Shown here: positions 10,505 to 22,300 of the stretch, in pieces
Numbering within the stretch: position 1 is the first letter of the stretch
How the letters are laid out: every line of letters begins with the position of its first letter
Source: Nemertoderma westbladi
Taxonomy: Eukaryota; Animalia; Xenacoelomorpha
Direction: 5' to 3'
DNA length: 36,856 bases
NCBI GenBank assembly: GCA_032718475.1
Contig: JAUCBJ010002193.1
Coordinates: forward strand, 1-36,856
The notes under the pieces: generated by a model
Databases searched by the model: none
Told to the model about the DNA's origin: nothing
Seen by the model: only the letters and a program-made list of their open reading frames with translations
Position numbers and translations under genes: made by a program

Positions 10505-10985
10505 ACCAAACGCTGGCAGACTACCACCAAGCCTAAATAAACTACAGTATGTGTAGATTCCAAAATGGTTAGTTAGTATGCGTTCTAACACGGTAGTACG
10601 ACTTATTCTTTAAGAGGGGATTGACCTTACAGCTATGGCTGCCCCAACTTACTAACTGGCACTCTATCGGACAAACTCTACACACGCAGCAATCTATTCA
10701 GACCTAATAATAGCTAGACAACAATCCAGCCTACAAAATATCTGAGTAATAACTATTACGGTACCTGAACAGACCACACAAACAAACACAGGCCAAAACG
10801 TTGGCAGAATACTGTCAAGCCTAAATAAACTACAGTATGTGCAGATTCCAAAATGGTTAGTTAGTATGCGTTCTAACACGGTAGTACGACTTATTCTTTA
10901 AGAGGGGATTGACCTTACAGCTATGGCTGCCCCAACTTACTAACTGGCACTCTATCGGACAAACTCTACACACGCCGTAATCTCT
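10505..10985. repeat. Direct duplication, period 288 bp, with near-identical ~160-bp cores (10528-10686 and 10816-10974) containing inverted repeats
   Basis: CAAGCCTAAATAAACTACAG...ACAAACTCTACACACG present twice. Confidence 0.9.
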
Positions 10986-11204
10986 CCAAACCCAACAACA
11001 ATCTAACAACAGTCCGGCCCACAATTATCTGAACAATCTGAGCAGACTTACACGTCTTCAGCTCAATATTAACTTACATGTAAATAAAACCGACAGAAAT
11101 AAGTAAAATCTCAATAAAAAAACCAGGGCTGCAGTCCCTGATTAAATACTAAGACCTACCGGTATACAACAATCAAAATCGAATAATACTAATGTACTTA
11201 TACT

Positions 11205-11320
11205 GGAAGTACCGGTTAGGACAGTTGGGCCTACGGACCTACAGAAGTACCGGTTCTGGCAGTTGGACCTACTGACCTACAGAAGTACCGGTTCAGGTTT
11301 ACCGGTCGACCGGTACTTTC
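11205..11320. repeat. Short tandem repeat, ~38-bp unit GAAGTACCGGTT...GACCTACA (about 2.5 copies), ending in a palindrome
   Basis: Directly visible. Confidence 0.7.
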
Positions 11321-12594
11321 AACTTTATTGCTTACTGCAATAAAGACAATAACTGTTATTGTACGCGCTTTTGAAGACCTTTAGCAGTTTAACCTGCCAA
11401 AATTTATATGTCTTTTGGTTTACAAATAGACTTTAGAAGTTGACAAATATTTAATACCAATAAACACAACATTAGCAGAAGCCAGCCTAGTGCGCGTCCA
11501 TTCACCCGCTGGATATACCCGGGAGACTGGATTCTGAGGGCTTAGATTATTATTGCAGTGTAAGCCTACTGTATTATTCGATTGATCGTTAATAAATAAT
11601 TTCTGACTAATATTATTCACTTTCGGGAAATATTAACAGTTCCTTTTGGACGTGGCGCTCTATCTAGGTAAACAGAGATATGACTTATACTAATCACAAC
11701 GGTAAGTCGGTAAGGCTTATGATTCACGTATGAGGCGCATTCTTTAGGAAATGCTTAGTTATCAGTCACAATCAGGCACACTACCGGTAACACACAATAC
11801 TGCTCACTAATTTGCCGACCGTCAATGAATTTTATCATATATAAAGAGAACAGCAACGGACTCATGTAGTGCTTATCAAATAGCATTAAATTCACTACAA
11901 ACCACAACAATATAAGTCGCAATCGCTATATATAACCCGTCTCTCTAACCTGTAGTGTATCAAGAAAATTGGGAAATTTGGGTTCTTTATAAATGTTCTC
12001 CAAATAATAATATTCAACCAAAACACAACAGTAAATAGCATTAAGACGGTAGGTTAAGATGGTAACACTGTTTGACTGGACCGATAACAGTTATACGCTC
12101 TATAATCTTAAGCCTACTAATGTTTCTTCTAAAGTCTGAAACGAATTGACTCTAGAGCCGGTGTTCCTGGCCTAGATAGAAGGAACACAACAGTATCACA
12201 AAAACAGTAAGACTGAACACTCCTAGTATCATCGGCCGAATATCTCCACATCGACAGAAAAAATCGCTCTGATTGGCTTAAGCTAAACAAAGAACCATGT
12301 GTCCAATGGCCGTTTCCATGTCAGCAACCAGCTGTTAGATGTCGCAATCTGAATCATCAAGGCTAAGCTGTGTAAGGGTATTTGGTGCATTGCGGGTTTT
12401 TTGCCTTACCATGTCCTCCAAAGCACGTATATAGAAGAATGACTTTTATGTCCGTTAAAACACCTATAACGGTACCTTGCGGGCGAGGGGGACATATATA
12501 TAGTTAGAGAGCCTTTTAGAGTATTCCAGCGCCTGGGGGGAAACTGGATTGCGAAGCAAAAGGGCCAGTTATATCCCACAGAAGCTTTTACAAA

Positions 12595-12655
12595 GTGTTT
12601 ACTGTGGAAGATCACCCATGGCAGTGAACAGGCATTCCTTGGCTTAACGAGCATA
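12595..12655 (+). repeat. Dispersed repeat segment shared, in opposite orientation, with the SINE-like element at 34500-34560
   Basis: Reverse complement GCTCGTTAAGCCAAGGAATGCCTGTTCACTGCCATGGGTGATCTTCCACAGTAAAC matches 34502-34557 with few mismatches. Confidence 0.8.
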
Positions 12656-13869
12656 AAAGATTCTCCTTCTCCATTAATTAGTAGTTTTGTGCCAAACGCA
12701 TTTTATATCCCGACCTTCACCCAACAGTTAAACATTACTAGTGTAGATTATGAGGTAGATTTTCTTCACTTTATTAGACAGAGCCTCTAATGTAAATCTG
12801 GATTAGCGAAATGCAAATTTCAATTCAATTAACCTATAAAAAAAATCCAACTATCCCAACTCTCCTATATATTCTGTCCAAAGGGCACTTATCCATCCAA
12901 GGCCCCAGAGGGGAGATAGAAAATAGAAAGACTGGTTTAGTATTATTGTCACATCGTCTTTAATCCGGTATGGTAAACTATACAAATATACACAAATATA
13001 ATAGCCAATTGCTTGTATACTTCATCAAACAGTCCATCAAATGCCCCTTATCTATATCTCTATCTATATCTTTATATGTATCTCAGCCAACTTACCTTCT
13101 TCCAATAATTTGATCTTTTGATGCCCATTATAAACATAAATCAATAACCAAAACATAGGAATATAATGATTTTTCACTGGTGAGTCTATCAAAGATGCAT
13201 TTGTTCTGATCAAAATTAGTTGATAGGATGTTTATGTTTATGCAGCACGAGCACAATGCAAGATTCCATAGAACACTGGAATCATGTGTCCAGACTCTAT
13301 AATCTTCCAATGAATTTTGACTCAATAATGTACAAGCTTCTCCTCATGCCCCCCCCCCCCCCCCCCCCCCCATTAGTGTTTTATGAGTGTAAATTCGTGG
13401 TTGAGTTTCACTCGTTTCCTTAGAAAAATGGCAATTTGCTGCTTTCAATTTGGTGGAAATGTCGCATAGTAAGGGTTAGGTAGTTCCACTTGTCAAGTTA
13501 CCCTACATCGGGTTCAAGTTCTTAAACCTCCTTAGTCAAAAATTAATAGCATTTAATAATTTTGTGCATGATAAATTTAGAATGTATCATGCACAAGGTC
13601 AGGCAATGCCATCTTTTCGAATGGTAATCACGATGGCACCATCATGGTCCATGTCGAAAAATGTGGGAGATTTTGCTGCCACTACTGGGGCGGGGGGGGG
13701 GGGGGGGGGGGGGGGGAGTTTTAGACCATTTAGGACTCACTACAGTAATTATGATCCTCATTACGATCCTCGTACACCTTTAGAGCGGTATATCATATAG
13801 CTGTAGGAAATAACACACTGCGTTTGAGAGCGATGTCAGTGGGAACTGATAACATCTTGAGTTAAACTT

Positions 13870-14077
13870 CATAGACTATGACTCACTGAGGCATAGTCTA
13901 TGCCTCAGTGAGCCATAGTCTATGTCTCATTGCCTCAGTGAGGCATAGTCTATGCCTCAGTGAGGCATAGTCTATGCCTCAGTGCCTCAGTGAGGCATAG
14001 TCTATGCCTCAGTGAGTCATAGTCTATGCCTCAGTGAGGCATATTCTATACCTCAGTGACTCAGTGAGGCATAGTCT
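13870..14077. repeat. Palindromic tandem repeat, 22-bp unit TGCCTCAGTGAGGCATAGTCTA
   Basis: Directly visible; each unit is an inverted pair of the TGCCTCA motif. Confidence 0.9.
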
Positions 14078-14140
14078 GTGTCAGGTCTTAAATGAGAGTC
14101 TTACAAATCCGAACGTCAGCGAACAAATTCGAAGGTTACT

Positions 14141-14213
14141 GTTCCACCTTGGTGTAGTGGTTGCGTTGAATTCACATCTCCCGTATGTCATTGGTTCGAT
14201 CCCTGCATGAACC
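14141..14213 (+). pseudogene. tRNA-like sequence (tRNA pseudogene or SINE head)
   Basis: A-box TGGTGTAGTGG (14150-14160), B-box GGTTCGATCCC (14193-14203), partial acceptor stem GTTC/GAAC; anticodon arm does not fold well. Confidence 0.55.
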
Positions 14214-14319
14214 AGGGCAGTTTTCGTTTGGTCAGCAATAGGCCCAACGTTTCAAAATGCAGTATTATTGCCTAGTAACCAATTCATGGCTACCATATGG
14301 TTTTCACTTTGAGACATTT

Positions 14320-14725
14320 CGCCCTCTAGCGGCAGACTGGGAACTTCAGAATACTCTGTGACTCTGCAAAATATATTGCCCATATTGTAATAGATATCGA
14401 TTGGGGGGTCAAAATTAAGTAATAATATATCTAAATAAGTCTCAAACATCTTGTCTCATGGCTCGCCCCTTAGAACTCTTAAGCAATATAACTTCATAGT
14501 TTTGCGGATTGTAAATAACAAAGCTAGATAAGATGTTAATTTTCAAATAATACGCCCTCTAGCGGCAGACAGGGGAACTTCAGACTACTCAATGACTCCG
14601 CAAAAGATATGGCCTATGCCGTAGTAGGTGCCTACCGAGTTTAAACCTATTCGGAATGAAAATAACAAAGTTAGAGAAGATGTTAATTTTCAGATAATAC
14701 GCCCTCTAGCGGCAGACTATGGAAC
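14320..14725 (-). promoter_or_regulatory. Three repeat-borne CTCF-like motifs (CGCCCTCTAGCGGCAGAC at 14320, 14553, 14700)
   Basis: Exact 18-mer three times within diverged longer repeats. Reverse complement TGCCGCTAGAGGGCG matches the CTCF core CCRCYAGRKGGCR. Binding is inferred. Confidence 0.5.
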
Positions 14726-15206
14726 TGCAGACGGCTGGATATAGGTAAGAGTAATTAGTAATCAGAGGTGTCACGAGAGGGGGGCGGGGCGCTTGGATAC
14801 AACTATTATTAAGAAGCTGTTGCTTGGTTAAAGCTTTTTTGGGGTCAAAGGTCAATGATAAAGCTGTCTGGATATAGATAAGAGTAATTAGTTACCAGTA
14901 AGGGAGCTGTATACCCTATGGCTAAGTATAACGAGATGAAAGTCAATGAGGTCATTTAGAAACCAATATATAAAACTAATTATTGGTAAATCTAAAATTA
15001 AATACAAATAATTAAAGTAAAATTAAATACAATCCTCAATTATCATTTTATTAGTCATTTCTAGAATATATAATTTTAATAATTTTTTTAATAATTCAAA
15101 TAATCATAATATAATTTCCAAAACAAAACAAAACACAATTTACAAATAGAAAACCCACCACCACACAAAATTAATATGTAAAATATATCAACTCAGAACT
15201 GGTCTG

Positions 15207-17175
15207 CTAGCCCCACGCCACGCAGACCGGCCCCATCTCCGAACCCCTATCCCCACCACGAACGTCGCCCACCCCGGAGGCAGAGGGAGCTGGACCGGAG
15301 GAGTGCGAACTGCAGTCGCCGTCGAACACCCCCGAGCACGCACACGAGGCCCCTCTCTCGCATACCATCTCGCCTCGCCACGAGTGTCTCGGCGATATGG
15401 CCGATAAGGATCTGGGCCTCGGTGCTCCAGACACCATCGGTGGTGCCGACCAGAGGGGTGAAGGACATCCTCCGGTCTTCACAGACGGTCTGGTAGTGCA
15501 GCTTCTTGAGCCGACACCGCTGCTCCAGGATGGACTCGGTCAAGCGGTTGGCCTGGGCGTAAGAGGTGGCGTCAGCGTTTACTACCGCGAAATCGAACGA
15601 CGCCACTCTCTGGTTTGCCCAGACCCCCCGAGCGACCAAGTCCGCCCACACTCCCCCTACCTCCCGACCCTCTCTGTCGAGGTAACCCCGGGATAGGGTC
15701 ACCTCACGTTCTACACTGGACGTCCCAAACGCCGATGCCAGCAGGTCCCCAAAAACGTCACGCACCTCGTCATGACGTTTCACAATGAGGCCGCCGGACT
15801 TGCAGCTGAGTGCATGGGAGGTTGAGAACGGCCCCCCACAGCCCTCGCACTTGGACGGGAGTCCTGACGGGACGAGACCATACCGGAGGTTCAGGCTGTC
15901 CCGGTACTCCTCCGCACTGAGGTTCGTAGCGTCCAGGATGCTTGGCTAGGCTGTCAGCCAGCCGCCGGTTTTGTTTACGACCACCCGCGTCGCGGTTCGT
16001 CAGCGGTCCGCCAGTAGCGCTCCCAAGGCCGCCTCCCGCTTCTCTTTATAGGCCGCGTCCTGGGAGATGCGGCTAGCCGCAAGGACACTTCGCAGTTTAG
16101 GGTTGTGGTCGGCCACGTGGAGGGGTTGCGTTTCCTGGATCGCGCTGGTAACCACCTCGTTACCTTCCAAGGATGCTGAGTGCGCCGGGGTCTGCCGCAT
16201 CGTGGGGTCTCACAGTCCGGGTCCGGGTCCATGGCGGGCTGGGAGTAGGGTGAGATCCTCGTCGGCCGGCTGCAGCCGAGAACACCCAAATAGGGAGGGG
16301 ATGATTTTTTGCAGCAAAGCGGTACGGATTGGGGTGATCTCCTTGGAGTCGGAGGGAACAACCCGCAGCTGGTAATCCCATTCCGCCTGCACACAGCGGG
16401 ACAAAGCTGTGTGGGCGGACTGTGGGTACTCTGTTGCCACCTCCCCGAGTTTACCGATATTGGTATCCCAGCCGTCGACTTTGTGAGCGACAAACTCCTT
16501 CCGACCGGCGTCATCCCCGATATAGCCCCCGAGGAAGCGATGCCCAGCGCAAATCCGGATTCCACTCGGACCAAACATTGCCTTGGCCTCGGCTTCAAAC
16601 CCCGATTTTACCACGAGATAACTCTTGGTCAGTTCGGGGTTGTATCCGATTCTGGAGCCCAGGCGGAGGAGCTCCATCCACCACTCCCAGATACCTGACA
16701 GCAGCCCTGCTGATGATGCATCATCCGCATACCAACATTGGCGTTGCGATCTGCAGGTGGACTGGCTGATTGGTTCATTATCGGTTCTGGTGGGTAGCGA
16801 TGAACCCGCAATTGTGCCGGTGGGCGTTGCTTGTTGAAAGTCTCTGGGTAGTTGGGCGTTGGTGTGCCCTGTTTGGGCGTTGAAGGGCCCTGGCAGTCCC
16901 TGTTGGGCGTTGAAGGGCCCTGGCAAGTCCCGGTTGCGCGTTGAAGGGCCCTGACAGACCCGGTTGGGTGTCGGTGGGCCCTGGTGGCCCATGTTGTGCG
17001 TTGAAGGGCACTGGCAGTCCTGGTTGGGCTTTGAGGGGCCCTGGCAGTCCCGGTTGGGAGTTGGAGGGCCCTGGCGGTCCCGGTTGGGCTTTGAAGGGCC
17101 CTGGCAGACCCGGTTGGGCGTTGAAGGGCCCTGGCAGACCCGGTTGGGTGTCGGTGGGTCCTGACGGCCCCGGTT
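15207..17175 (-). mobile_element. CRE-clade non-LTR retrotransposon, degenerate: C-terminal RT, zinc knuckle and restriction-like endonuclease; RT upstream of the YADD motif absent
   Basis: WYADDA, GY.PEL.KS, GHRFLGGYIG, LPARHG, CEGCG..FSTSHALSCKSGG..KRHDEVRD, ADLVARGVW, FDFAVVNADA.SY, KKLHY, FTPLVGTTDG; frameshifts and stops present. Confidence 0.85.
16856..17175. repeat. GC-rich 30-bp minisatellite (GTTGAAGGGCCCTGGCAGTCCCGGTTGGGC), about 10 copies
   Basis: Directly visible. Confidence 0.93.
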
Positions 17176-17269
17176 AAATACAATTAAATAAATTAAAATT
17201 AAAATTAAATACAAATAAATAAGTATTAATAAATAAAAGAGCTGCGGTGTCACTTATGACACCCTCTTG

Positions 17270-17545
17270 GGCCTCTAGGTGACACTTGGACCCAACTGAT
17301 GACCCATTGTGTGTCAGGGCGCTAATCAGTCTGATTAATTAGGATAATCAATTAAACCCTAATTAGGAGTCATAGGACACCTCTTGGGGTTTAATTGTAC
17401 TAATTAATTGATGACACCTATCAATTAGGGTCTAATTAGCCTAATAAGGAGGTGTCACCCAGACAGCCTGACGCTAATGACACCCATTGACACCCATAGG
17501 GTGATAATTGGGTGTCAGTTGGGTCCAAGTGTCACCGAGCCGGCC
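17270..17545. mobile_element. MITE-like element with perfect 22-bp inverted repeats (17278-17299 / 17515-17536) and internal GACACC/GGTGTC subrepeats
   Basis: GGTGACACTTGGACCCAACTGA is the reverse complement of TCAGTTGGGTCCAAGTGTCACC; TSD not resolved. Confidence 0.7.
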
Positions 17546-17689
17546 ACGACCCTACTACTTGTGGGGTAACTTTTGTTATAGTTGGTTCGATGTGTATGGG
17601 GGAAAATAGGATTTGGTTGGATAAATGGGGTCTTATGGTTGGTGTGGAATAGGTTTGGAGTTAGTGAGGAGCAGGGCTTAGAGGGGCAG

Positions 17690-17910
17690 GTGCATAATCT
17701 TGTACTTTGGCAGCCTCATGGAGTGAATAAGCATGGTGGACAGCCCATGACTTTCTTGAGACGCATCTTAAAGGACACTGGCCTTAAAGATGCGGATGAT
17801 CTAGCAAATGTCATGGGTGATAGGTAGTTGTGGCGGTGCAATTTTGTTGACAAGCCGGCACAGCATTCTTAAAAATGCAGCTGCAATGCAGCATGCCGAT
17901 CCTAGTAGTA
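17690..17910 (+). mobile_element. Short 5'-truncated copy of the same RTE LINE (3' 220 bp with TAG tail)
   Basis: Almost identical to 7577-7797 (one substitution noticed, GGGAG vs GGTAG). Confidence 0.93.
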
Positions 17911-18092
17911 AGGCTTATGTGGAGGAGTTGTTGGGTGTTGGTCATAGTTGTTATAAATTAATTATTAAATTTAATTTTGTAAATTTTCAATGATTTTAGC
18001 TTGTAGATAAAAATGTTAAGTTTTTGTCGTTTTGAAAATCAAACTTTTCGAATAATCTAAAATCATTACAAAGGTGTAAATTATTATCGCAG

Positions 18093-18206
18093 ATGGTTGA
18101 TCTACGACCTTGACTATACTGGTTCCTATGTAATCAAAGATCCAGGAGATTATGGTGATATAACAGATCTGTTTAGCAACGGGAATGGCGACAATATGAT
18201 TTCGAG
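18093..18206 (+). CDS. Internal coding exon of a beta/gamma-crystallin-domain gene (WLIYDLDYTGSYVIKDPGDYGDITDLFSNGNGDNMIS-S)
   Basis: Flanked by ..TCGCAG and GTAATT; 114 bp, phase 2/2. Greek-key signature W-x-x-Y..Y-x-G..PG-x-Y..DNxISS. The final AG joins the C at 31774 to make Ser. Confidence 0.82.
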
Positions 18207-18723
18207 GTAATTTGATTTGATAGTGTACTGCATGGATAGTACTTAAGTCATATCTGCACCTATCTGAACCCAATCTGAACCCAATCGGGACCCAATCTCG
18301 AGAATTTTACCAAATCTGAACCCAATCTGAATCAGAAATAGAAAGAGGGGTGAAAATTATTAATTTTTGCATTAACAATTTTGAAATTTGAAGAAATTTT
18401 ACAAATCTTTTTCCATATTTAAATTTGTGGGCAGCCGCAGCACTACTGCTGTATTAGGGACTGCAGTTACTACTGTGTTGCACTGCTGGGCAGTCATTAA
18501 CGTTATAGCTCACATCTACCGGTAGGCGGTATCCCAACTGACAACTACAGAACTACGGCTGTAGGGTTCTCGTAGCAGTTCAGTTTTGGTCTAACGTTGG
18601 GTAGGTTACTAGTGCCTGGTACCGACCCCTAGGCTGCATTTCGCCAGCTGTCTCTACATACTGGCATATGGCAGAATGGGCTAGTACGAGGCGGTAGTAA
18701 CCTATCCAACATTAGACCGAAAC

Positions 18724-19302
18724 TGTTAGCGGATTCAATTCCGCTAACCACCCCATAAAGTAGGGAGACGGCGCCTTTAAGCAATATTTGGAAGCACGAG
18801 GTTGATTACCAATCAACCTCGTACCACCCCTAATAAACGGGGGCAACAAACCACCAAAGGGCCGTATACAATGGAGGTCAGAGGTTGAGCCTCCGGGGAG
18901 AAGGAAAGTAACAGCAGCAGGGGAGGAAACACTCCCGCAGAGGTGAAGGCGAGAAGTAGGTTATCAACCAATGGGGGGACAGGAAAGGCATCAGCTAAGT
19001 AATAAGGCCAACATAGTGTATATTACCGGTTGGTGTTTTCATTTATTCAGATAGTTTACTCAGTTGTTAGTCAGCTAGCTAGGGCAGTACGGTAACACTT
19101 TACTACCGTTACCGCCGCCATCAACCATATCATAATATTCTGTTATCTCAACTGTGCTGTCTGTTATCTCAACGAAAACTATATTTCATATATCTACCCA
19201 TCATATATTACTGAACAGCAACAAACTCTTTTCCTATTTTCACTCACGGTGGGGACGCGTACATAAACCACATACCGGTCGGGATCCTCTGATCCCGTCA
19301 CA
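18724..19302 (+). repeat. 5' LTR
   Basis: TGTTAGCGGA...GTCACA; roughly 95% similar by eye to 24301-24865, with a ~13-15-bp indel near the start. Confidence 0.95.
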
Positions 19303-19358
19303 GTAGTAAAGTTACCGGCTACCTAAAACTGTGACTGTCAGCCACCAAAACGATTAAG

Positions 19359-22300
19359 ATGAGCCAAGAGGGAGAAAGGACACCGCCGCGGACCCCGGAC
19401 GACAACCTAACGATCCGCGAGGCCGCGACGCGACGCGACGGTATCGACCCACGACGCCGGGTTCGTCGACGATAGACGATCCGGCAATCCACGCAGAGGG
19501 CGGCCGTCTACCACAGCGAGGGACGAGCGAGTCGAGAGAAGGGAGAGACGAGTTGACGCATGATGGCGGTCGACGTACCGATGTCGCCAGCCAGCCACAG
19601 GCCGAGGGCGACGGACGGCCCACCGGAACAGCGACGGTGGGGCCGCCAGTACGACGCCGAACACGGAGAGAAAGAGGGGATGTCGACGACGAGGACGTCA
19701 GAGTTAGCGACCGGCTCCGACGGGCCTACAACGCGACGAGGAAGCAGATGAAGGAAGCTAAAGAGGGAGCAAAACTAGACCAGGTGAAACTAGATCAGCG
19801 ACTAGGTGAGTCGAACAAACATTTTAACTATCTAGTTCGCTTTGGGCAAGGAGAGTTGGCGGGTGAGAGAGCAAGAGGGATTGCCACCGAACTGTTCGAA
19901 CTGTAGCAATCTAGGGGTATGGAGCCTGGTGTAGTGTACATAGGGCCATACTTAGTCGATGCCCGTGGAGTTAAGTTAGTGGGTTGGTCAGATCCGCACG
20001 AGGGCGAATCCGAGGTTAATTCCGAGGATTCGGTCTCGACAGTCAACGAAAATCCCGGAAAGCGGGGGAAAGCTAGCAGGACGGAGAGGCGACGGGAGTC
20101 CGTCGTGACCGATAAGTCCGCTACATCCTCCGCGAAAGAAAGAAGGGTGTTGGAGATAGATCTGGCGTTTCAGCTGAGTATTGCGGCGCTAGATCAGAAA
20201 GAGTTAGAGAGACAACTAAGTGAGGGAACAGCATTGTTAAAGAAAGAGAGAGAGTTGGCAAGGGAGTGTAGAGAGAGGGCCGAGAGAGTGGCGAGAGACT
20301 GTAGGGAGCGGGAAGAAAGAGAGATGAGCGAGCGTAAAGAGCGCGAGGAACGAGAGACGAGAATAGAGAGAGAACGCGAGGAACGAGAGACGAGAATAGA
20401 GAGAGAACGCGAGGAACGAGAGACGAGAGTAGAGAAAGAGCGCGAGTAACGAGAGACGAGGGAGAAGGCGGAGCGCAAAGAATGAGAAGCGAGAGAGGCA
20501 GAATTTGCGGAGCAAAGTTTACGAGAGGATAGAGAAAGGGAGAGAGCGGGAAAATGTGTGCGGGATGATATGCATGCCCGGCTAAGGGGGCTTATGCAAT
20601 ATCAGGCCAAACAGAAGCGCCGACTGGAACTGACGCTGATGGGACTGTCAGAGAGCGAGGCTGGCTCGGGTAGTATTTACGAGGAGCCAGAGGTAGTGAA
20701 AACGTTTGTTAATACCCAACTTACAGGCACTGGGCGAGAGAACCAGAACTGGTGTAGCCGTACGGGCGGGGGGGGGGGGGGGGGTAATAATAATACGTTA
20801 GCAGAAATTAATATTAATAGTACCGTAGTAGACAACCCTAATCAAACTTTTATTGCAGGAAATATTTTACCCGGTAATTTAAATTTAAATCCAAATAATA
20901 ATATTAATCTAAATACAGAAAATAATAATTCCAATTAAAATATTCAAAATAATCCGAATAATATTAATTCAAATATTTCAAATAATTCGATTAATAATTT
21001 AAATTTAGAAGAATTGTTGCTAGGAGCAACCGGAGAGCAAGGACGGATAGCGAGCCGTCGGTAGTAGAGATGGAGTTAGGGAGTCAGTGGGGTCGAACCC
21101 CGGGAGATTGTCATCGCCCCGGAGAAACGCACCGCACGCCAGGAGAGGGGTACAGGACGTACCGATACGAAGACGAGAACAGGAGAGGGGATCGAAGAGA
21201 AACTTCCCGACGGGATATAGCTGCCGATCGAGAGTACAGTAGTTGCGGGAGAGTCGAGATTCGAGAAGATTAAACTTAGATTCGGAAGGGCACATGCAGA
21301 CTGCAGGACATACTGTAGGCCTTACTGCACATACTATTATAGGCCATGCTGGGAGAGATATTGTAGGCGATAGGGTAGCGCGAACGACGGGATTAAACCC
21401 GGAAGTAGCTCTGAGTACATACCGGTAGGTAGGCAAGAAGTGGATAGGCCTATATCGTTACCAGCACAGCAGCATGACTATAATATCCAGGGACATAACA
21501 TATATCCAGGGGAGGGGAGAGTTATTGCAGATAGATGTATGGGCCCCAATATATTAACATAAACCCCAGTACCAAACATACCGGTGGGGGACAGAGTGAC
21601 ATTCCCCCATTACAATATCAACAATATACTCGAACAGCAATGAGAACATCGAACCCCCTGGACGAGAACAGGTCGTGCGACACGGAAATATGGAGGGGCC
21701 GTTACCCCCAATGATATATCCAAGACATAGAGAGTCAACAGACGGGACGGGCGGACCGCACCCAACGGGAGAATCTGTACAGCATCCATCGAACCCATTG
21801 GAAGCACAGGCGATGGAAATGGCTACATTAATCGATGCATTAAAGACCAGGATCGAGTTACCACCAGTCGAGCCATTTAAATTCGACGGAAGTAGGCCGG
21901 AAGAATACCTGCAATTTCGGCGCATGTACAGTAATGAGATATTAAGTAAGAACTTGACGCAGGCGGAGTGCCTAAAATATCTACAGGTGTATACAGGAGG
22001 CCCAGCATACGACATCATGAGGCAGTACCAGAGCATCGAGGGCGGCTTCACGACTGCATGGTGGGCGCTAGACAGGGAGTACGGGCACCCGGCCAAGATC
22101 ATCCGGCAGACCCTAAGAGGTATAACATCGGGTGGCCTACAGGATAACCCCGTCAGCATAAAGACCTTTGCGAACAAGGTCGAGAAGGCGTTAATCGTGT
22201 TGAAGACGCTAGACGCGCCATACGAACTCAACGCATCTAATAACATCACCGCGATAGCGCAGGCACTGCCGATCTGGTTACGGAGCAAGTGGAGGAAGAT

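Noticed and set aside
11950-12400. Candidate 5' LTR of the first BEL element
   Set aside because: No matching sequence near 2300-2865, so no LTR pair or TSD can be supported.
13560-13860. Possible upstream crystallin exon (also tested ~750-850, 13140-13185 and 31205-31283)
   Set aside because: No frame gave a Greek-key motif with compatible phase-2 splice sites.
17294-17310. CTGATGA as a hammerhead ribozyme core
   Set aside because: No properly placed GAAA and stem II; it lies within a MITE inverted repeat.
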